NCBI GenBank assembly: GCA_049322915.1
Contig: JBMOPW010000041.1
Location: 1 to 42,667 of the forward strand
DNA from: Candidatus Zhuqueibacterota bacterium
GTDB lineage: Bacteria; Zhuqueibacterota; Zhuqueibacteria; Thermofontimicrobiales; Thermofontimicrobiaceae
Length of the DNA stretch: 42,667 nucleotides
Direction: 5' to 3'
In this document: positions 9,041 to 18,510 of the stretch, piece after piece
Layout: every line of letters begins with the position of its first letter
Numbering within the stretch: position 1 is the first letter of the stretch
Made by a program: the position numbers and the translations under genes
The notes under the pieces: generated by a model
What the model was told of the DNA's origin: nothing
Seen by the model: only the letters and a program-made list of their open reading frames with translations
Databases searched by the model: none

Positions 9041-9937
9041 CTATTTCAATAGTCGTCCTTCCAGCATTTCCAGCAATTCCGTGATCGTCTCCGGGGCGCT
9101 GCCTTCGATGCGGTTGTTGATGAGCAGATAGAGCAGTTTTCGGTTGCGGACGGAAATCTCAATCAGCCTCATCAGGTCCTTGCGCATCTGCGGCTGCCGC
9201 TCGATGATCCTGTCGAAGGAGCCAAATTTCTTCTGAGTCTCCTGGTATGACATACCGATGGGCGTGAGGATTCGCGCCACGACGAAATCCGCGGTGAAGG
9301 CATCGCGTTTCATCTGTTCGGCCAACGGCGGCATGTACGACCAGTGGTTGAAGACGTGCGCCACATTGTGTTTTTTCAGAACGTTGAAGTAGGCCGGTTT
9401 CAGGAAATCCTTGTTTCGAATCTCCACTGAGTACGAAAAATCCCCGGGCAGTTCGGCAAAGAAAGCGTCCAGTTTTTCAACAAATGCATCGAAGGGCAGA
9501 TCTGATTTTTTAATGTATTGAAATTCGAAAATGAATGGACCGGTATGGTCTAGAAACGCTGTTCGGTACGGGCGCAGCACCGTTTCGGTGAACAGTTTCG
9601 GATCGAGGAATCGGTCATTGACCTGGTCTTTTCGGGCGCCAAGATTTGCCTGATGAGCGTACCTGTAAATTGTCAGCTCCTGCCATACCTTGCTGCATGT
9701 TTTAAATCCCTGCGGCAACTGGTTGGCGTAGTGCGTCAATAGGGATGCTGTCGGCGGCTGGTAAAAAAACAGGTCCATGCCCACTGTGGAAAAGCGACGG
9801 TCGGCGGCGTATTCCGTTAGACAATCCTTTTTGAAATTGGACTCGTCATAATCCTTGAAATAAACGTTCCCTTTCCATTCTTCATAGGCCCAGGATGATG
9901 TGCCGAAGCGAACATAATCGCGATATGGCGTGTCCAT
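9041..9937 (-). CDS. DUF72 (YecE-like) family protein
   Basis: 'VRFGTSSWAYEEWKG..Y', 'FSTVGMDLFFYQPP', 'YSVEIRN', 'LLINNRIEGSAP'; ATG at 9937 follows AAAGGAG (ORF track starts at 10003). Confidence 0.88.
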   Translation of the reverse strand: MDTPYRDYVRFGTSSWAYEEWKGNVYFKDYDESNFKKDCLTEYAADRRFSTVGMDLFFYQPPTASLLTHYANQLPQGFKTCSKVWQELTIYRYAHQANLGARKDQVNDRFLDPKLFTETVLRPYRTAFLDHTGPFIFEFQYIKKSDLPFDAFVEKLDAFFAELPGDFSYSVEIRNKDFLKPAYFNVLKKHNVAHVFNHWSYMPPLAEQMKRDAFTADFVVARILTPIGMSYQETQKKFGSFDRIIERQPQMRKDLMRLIEISVRNRKLLYLLINNRIEGSAPETITELLEMLEGRLLK

Positions 9938-10017
9938 GGTAAATTTCTCCTTTCTGCCTTTCACCCATCTGCGCTCTCCGCGAGAGCCAGCATCCTTTCT
10001 CACTTTTTCTTTTTGAA

Positions 10018-13000
10018 TTAAAAATCCCAGTGAACATTCAATCCACGATGCGTTTCATTTTCCCTGCAAATCACATTCACATTCCGCGGCGCTGAAATTT
10101 TCACGTGCAGTTCGTTCCCATCGAGACGCCAGGAGACGGATAAAGTTCCCCGGGGCGTGGCAATGGCGCCCTCCGCCCAGCTAAGTCCATTGAGTCGCGG
10201 ACTGACTTCAATTTCGGTCCCGCCCGGTTGCACCGGTTTGATGCCCAGGATGATCCGATTCAAAAAATAGAGCGGCGCCGATGACCAGGCATGACAGTGG
10301 CTGCGGGTCGGGAATGCGCCTGGCCGGTAATTGCTCGATGCGAAAATTTCCCACACTGTGGTGGCGCCGGCCTCCAGCATGGGCAGATAGCTTTCGTAAA
10401 TGGAGCGAATGATGGCGTCCGGCATGCCGATGGCTTCCAGCGCTTCGTAGTAATACAGCATGGCGAACGGAGAGCCGACCGGAATCATGGTTGCCGGCGG
10501 CGAGACGATGTTGTCGATGACGCTCTGCCGATGCTCCGCAGGAACGATGTTGTACAGCAGCGATAAAAAGCTGGTGTGCTGGGATGTGGACTGGCTCACC
10601 TGGCCGCTCTCGTCCAGGGCGTCGCGGTAGGCCTTTTTATCATTATCCCAGAGCGATCCGATGCCGGCGATCAGTTCTCCCCGGAACGATGTGAGCCAGC
10701 CGCGATGGGCGGAATCGTCCAAGGCATCGGTGCATTTCAGCGCTGCGTCAATGGCGCCGACGAGCAGCATGCTGTTGTGCAACACTGTCACGTGCTGGTC
10801 GTCGATGCCGGACCAGTCGAACATATTCCACAGCGGCGCGGTGAACAAGCCGCGTTCGTTTCGCATGGCTTCAGCGCCCCGTAAATTTTGGATGACCATC
10901 GGCCAGGCGCTTTTCAAAAAGTCAAGATCCGCGGAGTAGAAATAATAGTCCCAGACGGAAATGCCCCACAAGTAACTCCAGGCCGGCAGCAGCACCTCCC
11001 AACTCGATGGCACCTGGCAGCCGACGATGGGGAATCGCTCCAATGAACGACCGGCTAGGGTGATGCAGCGTTTGGCGATATCGGTCGCGCCGAAAACCGG
11101 ATAGGCGAACAACGCTTCGTTGCGGGCGTCGCCGACCCACAGCGTCTGCTCGTAGAGCGGGCAGTCGGTGAAGGTGTCCTCCATGCACAACTTGAGCGTG
11201 AGGGCGGACATCTCCCAGATGCGCTCCAACCGCGTATCGCTGCAGCGGAACCGGCCAATCTGATTCACGGGATAGGTCGATTCGATGATCTGAAAATTGT
11301 GGATGACGACAGGCGCGTGTACATTCCTGAAGGTGATGAAGATATAACGGCCGGAACGCCGTTTCAGCGACGTGAACGCGTTGCGCCCCTGTTTGGCAAT
11401 GTACCGCATGCCATTTCGGTTATGCTGCGTGTGCTGAATAGCGCCATCGGCGGTGATGTATTCGACGCCAAAGATGTCGATGATCACCCCGGCCTCGGTA
11501 GTCAGTTCGAAATCATAATACCCGATGTTCTGCTGGCCCAGGTCGTAAACCAGTTCCACATCGCCAGCCGGCGACGGATGAAGGACAGTGGATTCGGCGT
11601 TGTTGCTCATCAGCCCGGCTGGATTTTCAACGCGAGCCTGTTCCCCGGCAAGCGCCTCGCGCGAAGCGAACTGCCAGTACGAATCGACGAAAAACATGGC
11701 CTGGGACGGCATGTTCACAGAGCGCTTTCCCAGTTTTTCGACGAAGGATTTTTGATCAGCGATTTCTGAAAATAGCTGTTCCGTCTCGCTCCGGAAACGT
11801 TGCAGCATCTCCGCGTATTTCCCTTTGAAAACGGCCTGCCAGTCCAGATCGTCGTTGACAAAGGCGTAGTCCTGAAATGGAATCCATGTCCAGGGATTTT
11901 CGTAATCCGGATACAGCGGATTGATCAGAGTCAGCGATTGGGGCGGATCGACGATGCGGATGGACAGGTCTTTTCGATGGCCAACGATGGATTTGGAAAA
12001 GGCCAGCACGAGATGCTTCCCGGGGGCCAGGTCGAAACGGTCGTCAGGGCTGGCATTCCCGTCGACGCGAACGAAGAACCCTTCCTGGCACGAAAAAGTG
12101 ACGCTCCCTGGCTCGTCCAATTTCAGCACGGTGGCCACGCCGCAGGCGCTGCTGACGGAATGGTTGGCTTCGATGGCCGGTCCATTGAGCAGCCGTTGCG
12201 CCGGGATGCAAAAATCCAGATCGTGCGAGCGCTTCACCACATTGGCGGCAACGAAGGAGCGAAAGGCAAAGGGCGTTTTGGTGAGCAGAGCCACATCGCG
12301 CGGATTGAGATCTTGCCAGGGACCGGCTTCGGCCTCGTACAGCTCGGCGGCAGGGGAGAAGTCACTATTCGACTCCAATCGGGCATCGTACAATTCCTGC
12401 GGCTCCATCTGGATGCTGACTTTCGGGGTATTGGGTCGCCAGGCCGGGCATTCGGCAATGAGCCAGGACTGGTCGCTGATGATCTGCTCCGTCGCGCCGT
12501 TGCTGTGCTCCAGATCGATCTGAACAAGCAGGCCAGCCTGCCTGGGCACAGCGTGAAACGTTCCCACGCTCCAGTGCCGCGCCAGAATGCGCAACTCATT
12601 TTTGCCCGGCGTGAGAAGGGGAGCGACGTCGATCTGGTCGTATTGAAAATGCTCCGGCCAGCTTCGGCATGGCCCATCGTTCACCCAGCGGTCGTTGATG
12701 AACAGCCGGTAGCGGCCATCGCAGGCGATGCGCAGCTTCGCCCGGTTAACTTCCGGGGTGTGGAATTCTTTTTTGGCCAGTATGGTTTGCTGATAGGGAT
12801 TGTAATTTTCCTGACGGTTCCATATCCATTTTGCAGCTATCACAGGGTCAACCCTTTCTGATTCGTTTTGAGATTCACGGATCGCCGAAGCAATATTTAT
12901 GGAATTCCCGGAGGGAACCTGGCGACTGCACCAGACTCCGGCGATGACCAGCGCCAGGACCAGGCGCAGGGTGACTCGCGAAAGAGCCCCATTCAATCGG

Positions 13001-13044
13001 TGACGCACGCTGTCCCGGCTGCAATTTTTGAAAAGAGCGCACAT
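10018..13044 (-). CDS. GH78-like alpha-L-rhamnosidase family glycoside hydrolase, exported (possible lipoprotein)
   Basis: 'RIACDGRYRLFIND', 'YDLGQQNIGY', catalytic barrel motifs 'DCPLYEQTLWVGD', 'GATTVWE', 'SHCHAWS', C-terminal 'TPRGTLSVSW'; hydrophobic stretch ending AGVWC; exact start uncertain. Confidence 0.85.
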   Translation of the reverse strand: MCALFKNCSRDSVRHRLNGALSRVTLRLVLALVIAGVWCSRQVPSGNSINIASAIRESQNESERVDPVIAAKWIWNRQENYNPYQQTILAKKEFHTPEVNRAKLRIACDGRYRLFINDRWVNDGPCRSWPEHFQYDQIDVAPLLTPGKNELRILARHWSVGTFHAVPRQAGLLVQIDLEHSNGATEQIISDQSWLIAECPAWRPNTPKVSIQMEPQELYDARLESNSDFSPAAELYEAEAGPWQDLNPRDVALLTKTPFAFRSFVAANVVKRSHDLDFCIPAQRLLNGPAIEANHSVSSACGVATVLKLDEPGSVTFSCQEGFFVRVDGNASPDDRFDLAPGKHLVLAFSKSIVGHRKDLSIRIVDPPQSLTLINPLYPDYENPWTWIPFQDYAFVNDDLDWQAVFKGKYAEMLQRFRSETEQLFSEIADQKSFVEKLGKRSVNMPSQAMFFVDSYWQFASREALAGEQARVENPAGLMSNNAESTVLHPSPAGDVELVYDLGQQNIGYYDFELTTEAGVIIDIFGVEYITADGAIQHTQHNRNGMRYIAKQGRNAFTSLKRRSGRYIFITFRNVHAPVVIHNFQIIESTYPVNQIGRFRCSDTRLERIWEMSALTLKLCMEDTFTDCPLYEQTLWVGDARNEALFAYPVFGATDIAKRCITLAGRSLERFPIVGCQVPSSWEVLLPAWSYLWGISVWDYYFYSADLDFLKSAWPMVIQNLRGAEAMRNERGLFTAPLWNMFDWSGIDDQHVTVLHNSMLLVGAIDAALKCTDALDDSAHRGWLTSFRGELIAGIGSLWDNDKKAYRDALDESGQVSQSTSQHTSFLSLLYNIVPAEHRQSVIDNIVSPPATMIPVGSPFAMLYYYEALEAIGMPDAIIRSIYESYLPMLEAGATTVWEIFASSNYRPGAFPTRSHCHAWSSAPLYFLNRIILGIKPVQPGGTEIEVSPRLNGLSWAEGAIATPRGTLSVSWRLDGNELHVKISAPRNVNVICRENETHRGLNVHWDF

Positions 13045-13137
13045 TGCGGTTCCTTCGCTTTTTTTAATTCGAGGAGAAGAAGCGCGGATGAACAGCCGTT
13101 AGCCGGGAATGGTCTTGCGCCAGTGTCCGGCAATCGG

Positions 13138-15054
13138 TCAGGCCTCATCTTTATGCAATTTCTTCTCCAGCGCGATTTTGAAATTTCGTTCGCTTTTACT
13201 TCCCAGATAATACATCAAAAATCCAAAGATGAGCAGCAACAGTCCCATGCCCAGCGTGATAGGGATGTCCTGTTTCGGCATTTTGAAAAACGGCAGCATG
13301 AAAATGAAAAATCCCACGGCCATCGTGATGACGCCGACAACTGGATAGGTGGACATGGGGCGCCGTCCGCCGCCGTACACCTCGCGAACAACGTCGATGG
13401 GTATGGCCAAATTCTGAAAGAATTTTTCGACGATCATCCTGTCCTCGGCCGATTCTCTGGCGAACAGGTACGCGAACAGGTAGAGCGACGCAGCCGAAAC
13501 AAGTCCGAAAGAGACAAGGACAAGGGTATTGAACTGCGTCATGGCATTCGCACTGAATTGATGGTAGAAGCCGAATAACAGGCTGAAACCGGCCAGGATG
13601 GTCAGAGCAGTCGCCAGCCGGTTCTTTTTTAACAGCTTTCCCAGTGGTTCAGCGATGAGCAGGGCGGCGAACGTGATGAAAATGGTTGCGTACAACTGTG
13701 GCCCGATGTTCCAATGGAGAACGAAGCGGGTGAGGCTGCTCGTGAGCAAGCCCAACAGCATGGCGCTGGCGGCTGACCAGCGCGGCAGTCCCTTGAAGAC
13801 GAGGCCGAAGGCCATGGGCACCCCGACCGGCATGGCCAGCAGCGAAATAAAAATGACCATCAGATTGAAAATGCCGAGCGAACTTTTTGCGTAATATATA
13901 GCGGTGAGGATGGTGACAAGGCCCAGGACGACTGTGGCGATGCGGCCAGCGAGAAAAATCTGTTTATCCGTGGCTTTTCTGTTGATGAGCCCGCCGTATA
14001 AATCGCGCGAAATAATCGAGGAATCAACATTGAAAGAGGTATCGATGGTGCTCATTGTCGCGGCTAACATGGCTGCCATGAAGAAACCAATCAGTCCATT
14101 GGGCAAGATTTTCATGACCAGTCCGACATAGACGAGATCTTCCGGTTTAAACGTGCCTTTGAAAAAATCGACCACCGACAAATCCGGCCACAAAATATGG
14201 GCTGCCAGCGGTGGAATGCCGAACAGGATGGGGGCTGTGATGAAAAGCAGCGCGCAGGTGAGTCCCACACGTTTGGCATTTTTTTCGTCCTGCACGCTGA
14301 AATAGCGCTGGGCAGCGTTCCAGTTGGACGCGACGATATTGACCAGGGTAAAAGCGATCAGATAATGGATGTCGTACTGCATGCCATTGTAAAAATACTC
14401 CAGTTTAAGCGGCGGCAGGTTGTCGATGAACGCGGACACGCCGCCCACGGCCCGAATGCTCAGCGGCATGATGATGAGAGTGGTGACGAATAAAATGATG
14501 AACAACATCACATCGGTGATGGTGACCGCCCACAAGCCGCCTAACAGAGGGTAAAATAGAATGATAATGCCCGTCACCGTAATGACGAGGTTGAGGTCGA
14601 CATTCAGGATGGACGCGGTGACTTTGGACACGGCGGTCAGCGTAATGCCCCGCGTCAGCAGGCCGGAGAGAATCATGACGTAGCCCACCATTTGCTGCGT
14701 GGTGACATTGTAGCGCGTGGAGCTGTATTCCACCGGCGAAATGACCCGGGAGCGCCGCCATCGGGCAGCGGTGATGCGATGGCCGATGAGAAAGGACAGC
14801 GACCATGTGGCAAAATAGATGACGCCGAACAGACCGGTATAGTACACGAACCCGGACGCACCGGTGAACGTCCACGCTGAAAAGCTGCTCATGTAAAGCG
14901 AAATGCCGCCAACCCACCAGGGAATCATATTGCCGCCGGTAAAATACTCTTTGGCGCCCTTCTGAAATTTGGCGAAGTAGATGCCAATGGCGATGATCAG
15001 ACCGAAGAAGAACAAGAGGACGAAATAATCAATGGTAGTGATTTTGTTTATCAT
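13138..15054 (-). CDS. Sodium:solute symporter (SSS family) with extra C-terminal TM segments
   Basis: 'EYFTGGNMIPWW', 'SLYMSSFSAWTFTG', 'GGLWAVTITD', 'AAMLAATMSTIDTSFN'; 4-nt ATGA overlap with the upstream gene. Confidence 0.9.
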   Translation of the reverse strand: MINKITTIDYFVLLFFFGLIIAIGIYFAKFQKGAKEYFTGGNMIPWWVGGISLYMSSFSAWTFTGASGFVYYTGLFGVIYFATWSLSFLIGHRITAARWRRSRVISPVEYSSTRYNVTTQQMVGYVMILSGLLTRGITLTAVSKVTASILNVDLNLVITVTGIIILFYPLLGGLWAVTITDVMLFIILFVTTLIIMPLSIRAVGGVSAFIDNLPPLKLEYFYNGMQYDIHYLIAFTLVNIVASNWNAAQRYFSVQDEKNAKRVGLTCALLFITAPILFGIPPLAAHILWPDLSVVDFFKGTFKPEDLVYVGLVMKILPNGLIGFFMAAMLAATMSTIDTSFNVDSSIISRDLYGGLINRKATDKQIFLAGRIATVVLGLVTILTAIYYAKSSLGIFNLMVIFISLLAMPVGVPMAFGLVFKGLPRWSAASAMLLGLLTSSLTRFVLHWNIGPQLYATIFITFAALLIAEPLGKLLKKNRLATALTILAGFSLLFGFYHQFSANAMTQFNTLVLVSFGLVSAASLYLFAYLFARESAEDRMIVEKFFQNLAIPIDVVREVYGGGRRPMSTYPVVGVITMAVGFFIFMLPFFKMPKQDIPITLGMGLLLLIFGFLMYYLGSKSERNFKIALEKKLHKDEA

Positions 15055-17375
15055 CGAAGCTGCAATCTCCCATTCTGAATGTGTATGTTCGATTCGTAAT
15101 TATCCCAGGAGCGCCACTTTGCCCGGCCGGTGCGATCGGATTTTCCCCAGACCTGAAAAAACTGGCTCTCCGGCGTATCAAATAAAACAGCGGTATCATA
15201 GACGAATTTCACCAGATTGGTCGCTGAAAAATAGGTTTTGTCCTTCATTGCATTCACGAAAAACATATCGGCGTCGGTCTCGGCCTTGCCGTAGGCAATT
15301 TTCCCGGAATTGTAATGATAGCGCGGCCGGATATCCTGTTTCAGCAGGTCGCGGTCAAGGTCTAACTTCACGCCGTACAGGTTGGTCCCGAAACCAGTAC
15401 GCACCTGAACGGCGAGACCGTCTTCGTCGTCTTTGATAAGCGCGAAACGCGCGACGACTTCCCGCGGGTCACGCCCCGGTTCGAGAGGGTAGAGGATGGT
15501 GACGAATGACTCCACTGCGCCGGCGTCGTAGTATTGCGATGTCCCCTGGAACAGCGCCAGTTCATCCTGTTTATCCCGGCGCTCCGGTTCCGCGCCGGTG
15601 AATTTGTCCTGCGGGAAAATGATCAATAAATTCAAATTGCCGGGATTGGGGTATTGCCCGCTCAACTGGTCGATTCGGGTGAGGAACCAGGTGTCGCCCC
15701 TGTCGATGATTTTTCGAGTATGAAGCAGATTGCCTATGGTGAAATAATCGGATTTGAAAAATTTGAGCGCATCGACCATGACGAAATAATTCTCGGAAGA
15801 ATGCCGCGCCAGCACCCGATCCCAGCGATAACCCAGCTTCATATCTTCCAGCCGCGTGCGCGAATATTCGATCTCATTGAAAATCTGGAAATCGATTTTT
15901 GTGGTTCGGACCTGATCGTTGTAAGCGCCGGAATTCCGGAATATGTCGAAGTAGGGCTGGGTCAGATATTTTTTCACATCGCGGACGACAATGCGATTGT
16001 GAAAAATGTCAGCGCGAAAGGCGCCAAATTCACCGCTGGGCGCAACTTCCCGATAGTTCCCATCGGAGAGAAGAACGCTGCCATCCTTCATGAACAGACA
16101 AATGGCGTTTTCATCGGAATGGCCGTGGTGCATTTTTTCTTCTTCAACAGCCAGCACATGTTTCAAATAATTTTTCTGCATGACGCTGAAGTAGCCTTCG
16201 TCCTTGTAGTTCAGCAGCAGGTAACTGGCGTCCCGTGTCCAGTCGGAACGGAAGACGATTTTTTTGCCAATGATCTCCTCCAGCGCATCGCCGGATGTGT
16301 AGTGCGGCTCCACTGGCAGCACGTTCGGATCCCGATATCTCTCGCGGACAATGAGCGTGTTGGCAAATCCGACATTGGGTGTGTCGAAGGCCGTGGTCCC
16401 TGGCGGATAGAAGAGCGAGCGGCTGGTCGTCCCGCTCAGATTGCCGAACATCTCATCGGCAGCCCATTTCATTTCGCCGGATTGATATTCTTTGGCGCCG
16501 CGCTCCAGACAGAGATAATACTCATGAAGCCAATCCATGTAACGCCCATCGCCGAATTCAGGAATCGTGCGATTGGGCGCCATGAGACTGACAAAATAAT
16601 CGAAGTAAAATTTCATGACAGGGGACTGGAAGCGATCCGTCCGGCCTGAGAGGTCGAGATAGTTGATGTACGACCGAAGCCACACCGGATGATAGATTTG
16701 CGCGTCTTCGATTTCCCATTTTCCGATGCTGTCGCCGGCAAGAATCTCAGCCATTTTCAGCCACTTTTTGGCGTGGGGATGATCCGGAAATGCCACAGCC
16801 GACGCCATGAAACTTTCAGCCCGCAGCATGGCGCGGTTCATGGCGCCCCATTCCGGGAACATGAAAATAATATCCACGCTGGCAGCGACCGATTCTTTTA
16901 TTTTCTCAATATCGCCGGTGGAATACAACCCGGAATTCTTAGTCCGCTGGTAGCACTCGATGAAATTCGGCAACGTGCGGAACCAGTTCACCACCGGGAC
17001 GCCATCGCGATATTCCACACGGTCTTTGAATCGCGCCGGGAAAAAATCGCGGTATGCTTCCAACGAGACGATCACGTCGCGCGTGATACTGGCATATTTT
17101 TTTTCGCCGGTCCTCTCGTACAGATATGCGGAGATGCTGGCAATGCCCACCAGAAAATCCGGGGGCTGGTAACCCAATAACTGCATCATATTTTCCGAGT
17201 CTTTGTCCTGGGGGCTGGTGTACCGCTTCTTCCAATCATCGATTTTCGCGTCTCTGGATTTGAGCGCGTCGTCGAGAGTCAGAGTTAAATATCCGGTGAT
17301 GTCGTTGTCAACGGACTGTGAAAATAATGAGGTGTTAAAGATAAGGAGAAAGAAAAGGAATACCATTCGTTTCAT
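15051..17375 (-). CDS. Secreted heparinase II/III-like (polysaccharide lyase-type) protein
   Basis: Signal peptide; helical N-terminal half ('WGAMNRAMLRAE', 'EIEDAQIYH', 'IPEFGDG'); 'VFRSDW', 'HHGHSDEN..L', 'LLSDGNY', 'FHNRIVV' match the Hepar_II_III-type HxHxD beta-sandwich layout. Confidence 0.65.
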   Translation of the reverse strand: MKRMVFLFFLLIFNTSLFSQSVDNDITGYLTLTLDDALKSRDAKIDDWKKRYTSPQDKDSENMMQLLGYQPPDFLVGIASISAYLYERTGEKKYASITRDVIVSLEAYRDFFPARFKDRVEYRDGVPVVNWFRTLPNFIECYQRTKNSGLYSTGDIEKIKESVAASVDIIFMFPEWGAMNRAMLRAESFMASAVAFPDHPHAKKWLKMAEILAGDSIGKWEIEDAQIYHPVWLRSYINYLDLSGRTDRFQSPVMKFYFDYFVSLMAPNRTIPEFGDGRYMDWLHEYYLCLERGAKEYQSGEMKWAADEMFGNLSGTTSRSLFYPPGTTAFDTPNVGFANTLIVRERYRDPNVLPVEPHYTSGDALEEIIGKKIVFRSDWTRDASYLLLNYKDEGYFSVMQKNYLKHVLAVEEEKMHHGHSDENAICLFMKDGSVLLSDGNYREVAPSGEFGAFRADIFHNRIVVRDVKKYLTQPYFDIFRNSGAYNDQVRTTKIDFQIFNEIEYSRTRLEDMKLGYRWDRVLARHSSENYFVMVDALKFFKSDYFTIGNLLHTRKIIDRGDTWFLTRIDQLSGQYPNPGNLNLLIIFPQDKFTGAEPERRDKQDELALFQGTSQYYDAGAVESFVTILYPLEPGRDPREVVARFALIKDDEDGLAVQVRTGFGTNLYGVKLDLDRDLLKQDIRPRYHYNSGKIAYGKAETDADMFFVNAMKDKTYFSATNLVKFVYDTAVLFDTPESQFFQVWGKSDRTGRAKWRSWDNYESNIHIQNGRLQLR

Positions 17376-17658
17376 TTTTTACTCCGGGGATTCTGGTGGA
17401 AAAGATTGTTCTTTTAATAATTCGAATAAGAATTTTTCCCTCAGAACATGCGAAAAGGCACAGAAGGCCTTCGCGTGTTTCGTGGGTTAAATCGCTTTTT
17501 AAAGAATTTACTAATATTAAGAAAATGTACCATAAAATCAAGTGAAATTTCAGGCAAAGAGGATTTTTCATTTTCATCTTCAATGAAAAGTAATGCCTCG
17601 AAGGCTCGAAGTTTCAAATACTCCGAATTGTCAGATCTACAATTTTAATATTTTTGAA

Positions 17659-17687
17659 TTGACATAACTGGCTGGAACGGTTATATT
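17659..17687 (+). promoter_or_regulatory. sigma70 promoter
   Basis: TTGACA-17 nt-TATATT, 28 nt before ATG 17716. Confidence 0.7.
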
Positions 17688-17715
17688 TGATTGTGAAATA
17701 GAAAAGGAAATACCG

Positions 17716-18396
17716 ATGGGCTGTGTTCGAAGAAACGCCATAAAGCTTTTTACAGTTGTGCTTATGTTGATTTTTCATTGGCAGGAATTAACCGCAGGGG
17801 AAAGTCGAATTGGCGTTGGTATTTCGAAATCAAAAATGGAAATTTCTGGTTCCTCTTGTGTGCCGGGCGTAATGGTTGGAATGAAAAACGAATGGAAGGT
17901 AGTTGGCATTTTCTGCCTTGAGAGTGAAATAAATCTTCACTACATTCAGGAAAAATTCGAAAATACGTTCGTGTGGTCTTACCCCGGCATTTTGTCGGCT
18001 TATGATTTGTCCGTGAAAATGCTCTTTTTTGAAATGCCCTTGCTTGCGAAAATTTATATTCCCGGCAGTCATTCAAAAATTGCGCTGTATGCCGGGCCAT
18101 CGTTGCAGATTTGTTTGGTTGGTAAAGTTGGCCGCTCTATGATTCGCGTTATTGATGATTCGAACGCCTCTGGTCTTTCAAATCAAGTGCCCGATTATGA
18201 TGTTTCATTCATCGAAGATCCTGGCCCGGTTGTTCCGATGGTTGATAATTCTTCCTTTGGTTTTAGCCTGGGGGCGCAATGCCACCTGTTTGGTCTTGCG
18301 GCGGAAATCCGATACACCCTCAGCGAAATGCGCAGCCTCGACGCTGTGAGATTTGATAAAGCGCTCCACACATTTGGTTTCATCATTTCATTTTGA
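17716..18396 (+). CDS. Outer-membrane beta-barrel protein (small porin/PorT-like family)
   Basis: Signal peptide; amphipathic strands; 'FFEMPLLAKIY', 'LYAGPSL', 'FGFSLGAQ', 'EIRYT'; terminal Phe. Confidence 0.75.
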   Translation: MGCVRRNAIKLFTVVLMLIFHWQELTAGESRIGVGISKSKMEISGSSCVPGVMVGMKNEWKVVGIFCLESEINLHYIQEKFENTFVWSYPGILSAYDLSVKMLFFEMPLLAKIYIPGSHSKIALYAGPSLQICLVGKVGRSMIRVIDDSNASGLSNQVPDYDVSFIEDPGPVVPMVDNSSFGFSLGAQCHLFGLAAEIRYTLSEMRSLDAVRFDKALHTFGFIISF

Positions 18397-18510
18397 ATTG
18401 TAAATGCCACGCCTGAATAATTTTGTTTGACAGGTGTAGCAGCTCAATGCTAAACTGCTTTGTGTTTCGGAAGACCCGTAAGTTTTACGTTCTAATTTTT
18501 TAGACAGGAA

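Noticed and set aside
11800..13578. Long + strand ORFs (353 aa, 236 aa)
   Set aside because: Antisense to well-supported GH78 and SSS genes; expected in GC-rich coding DNA.
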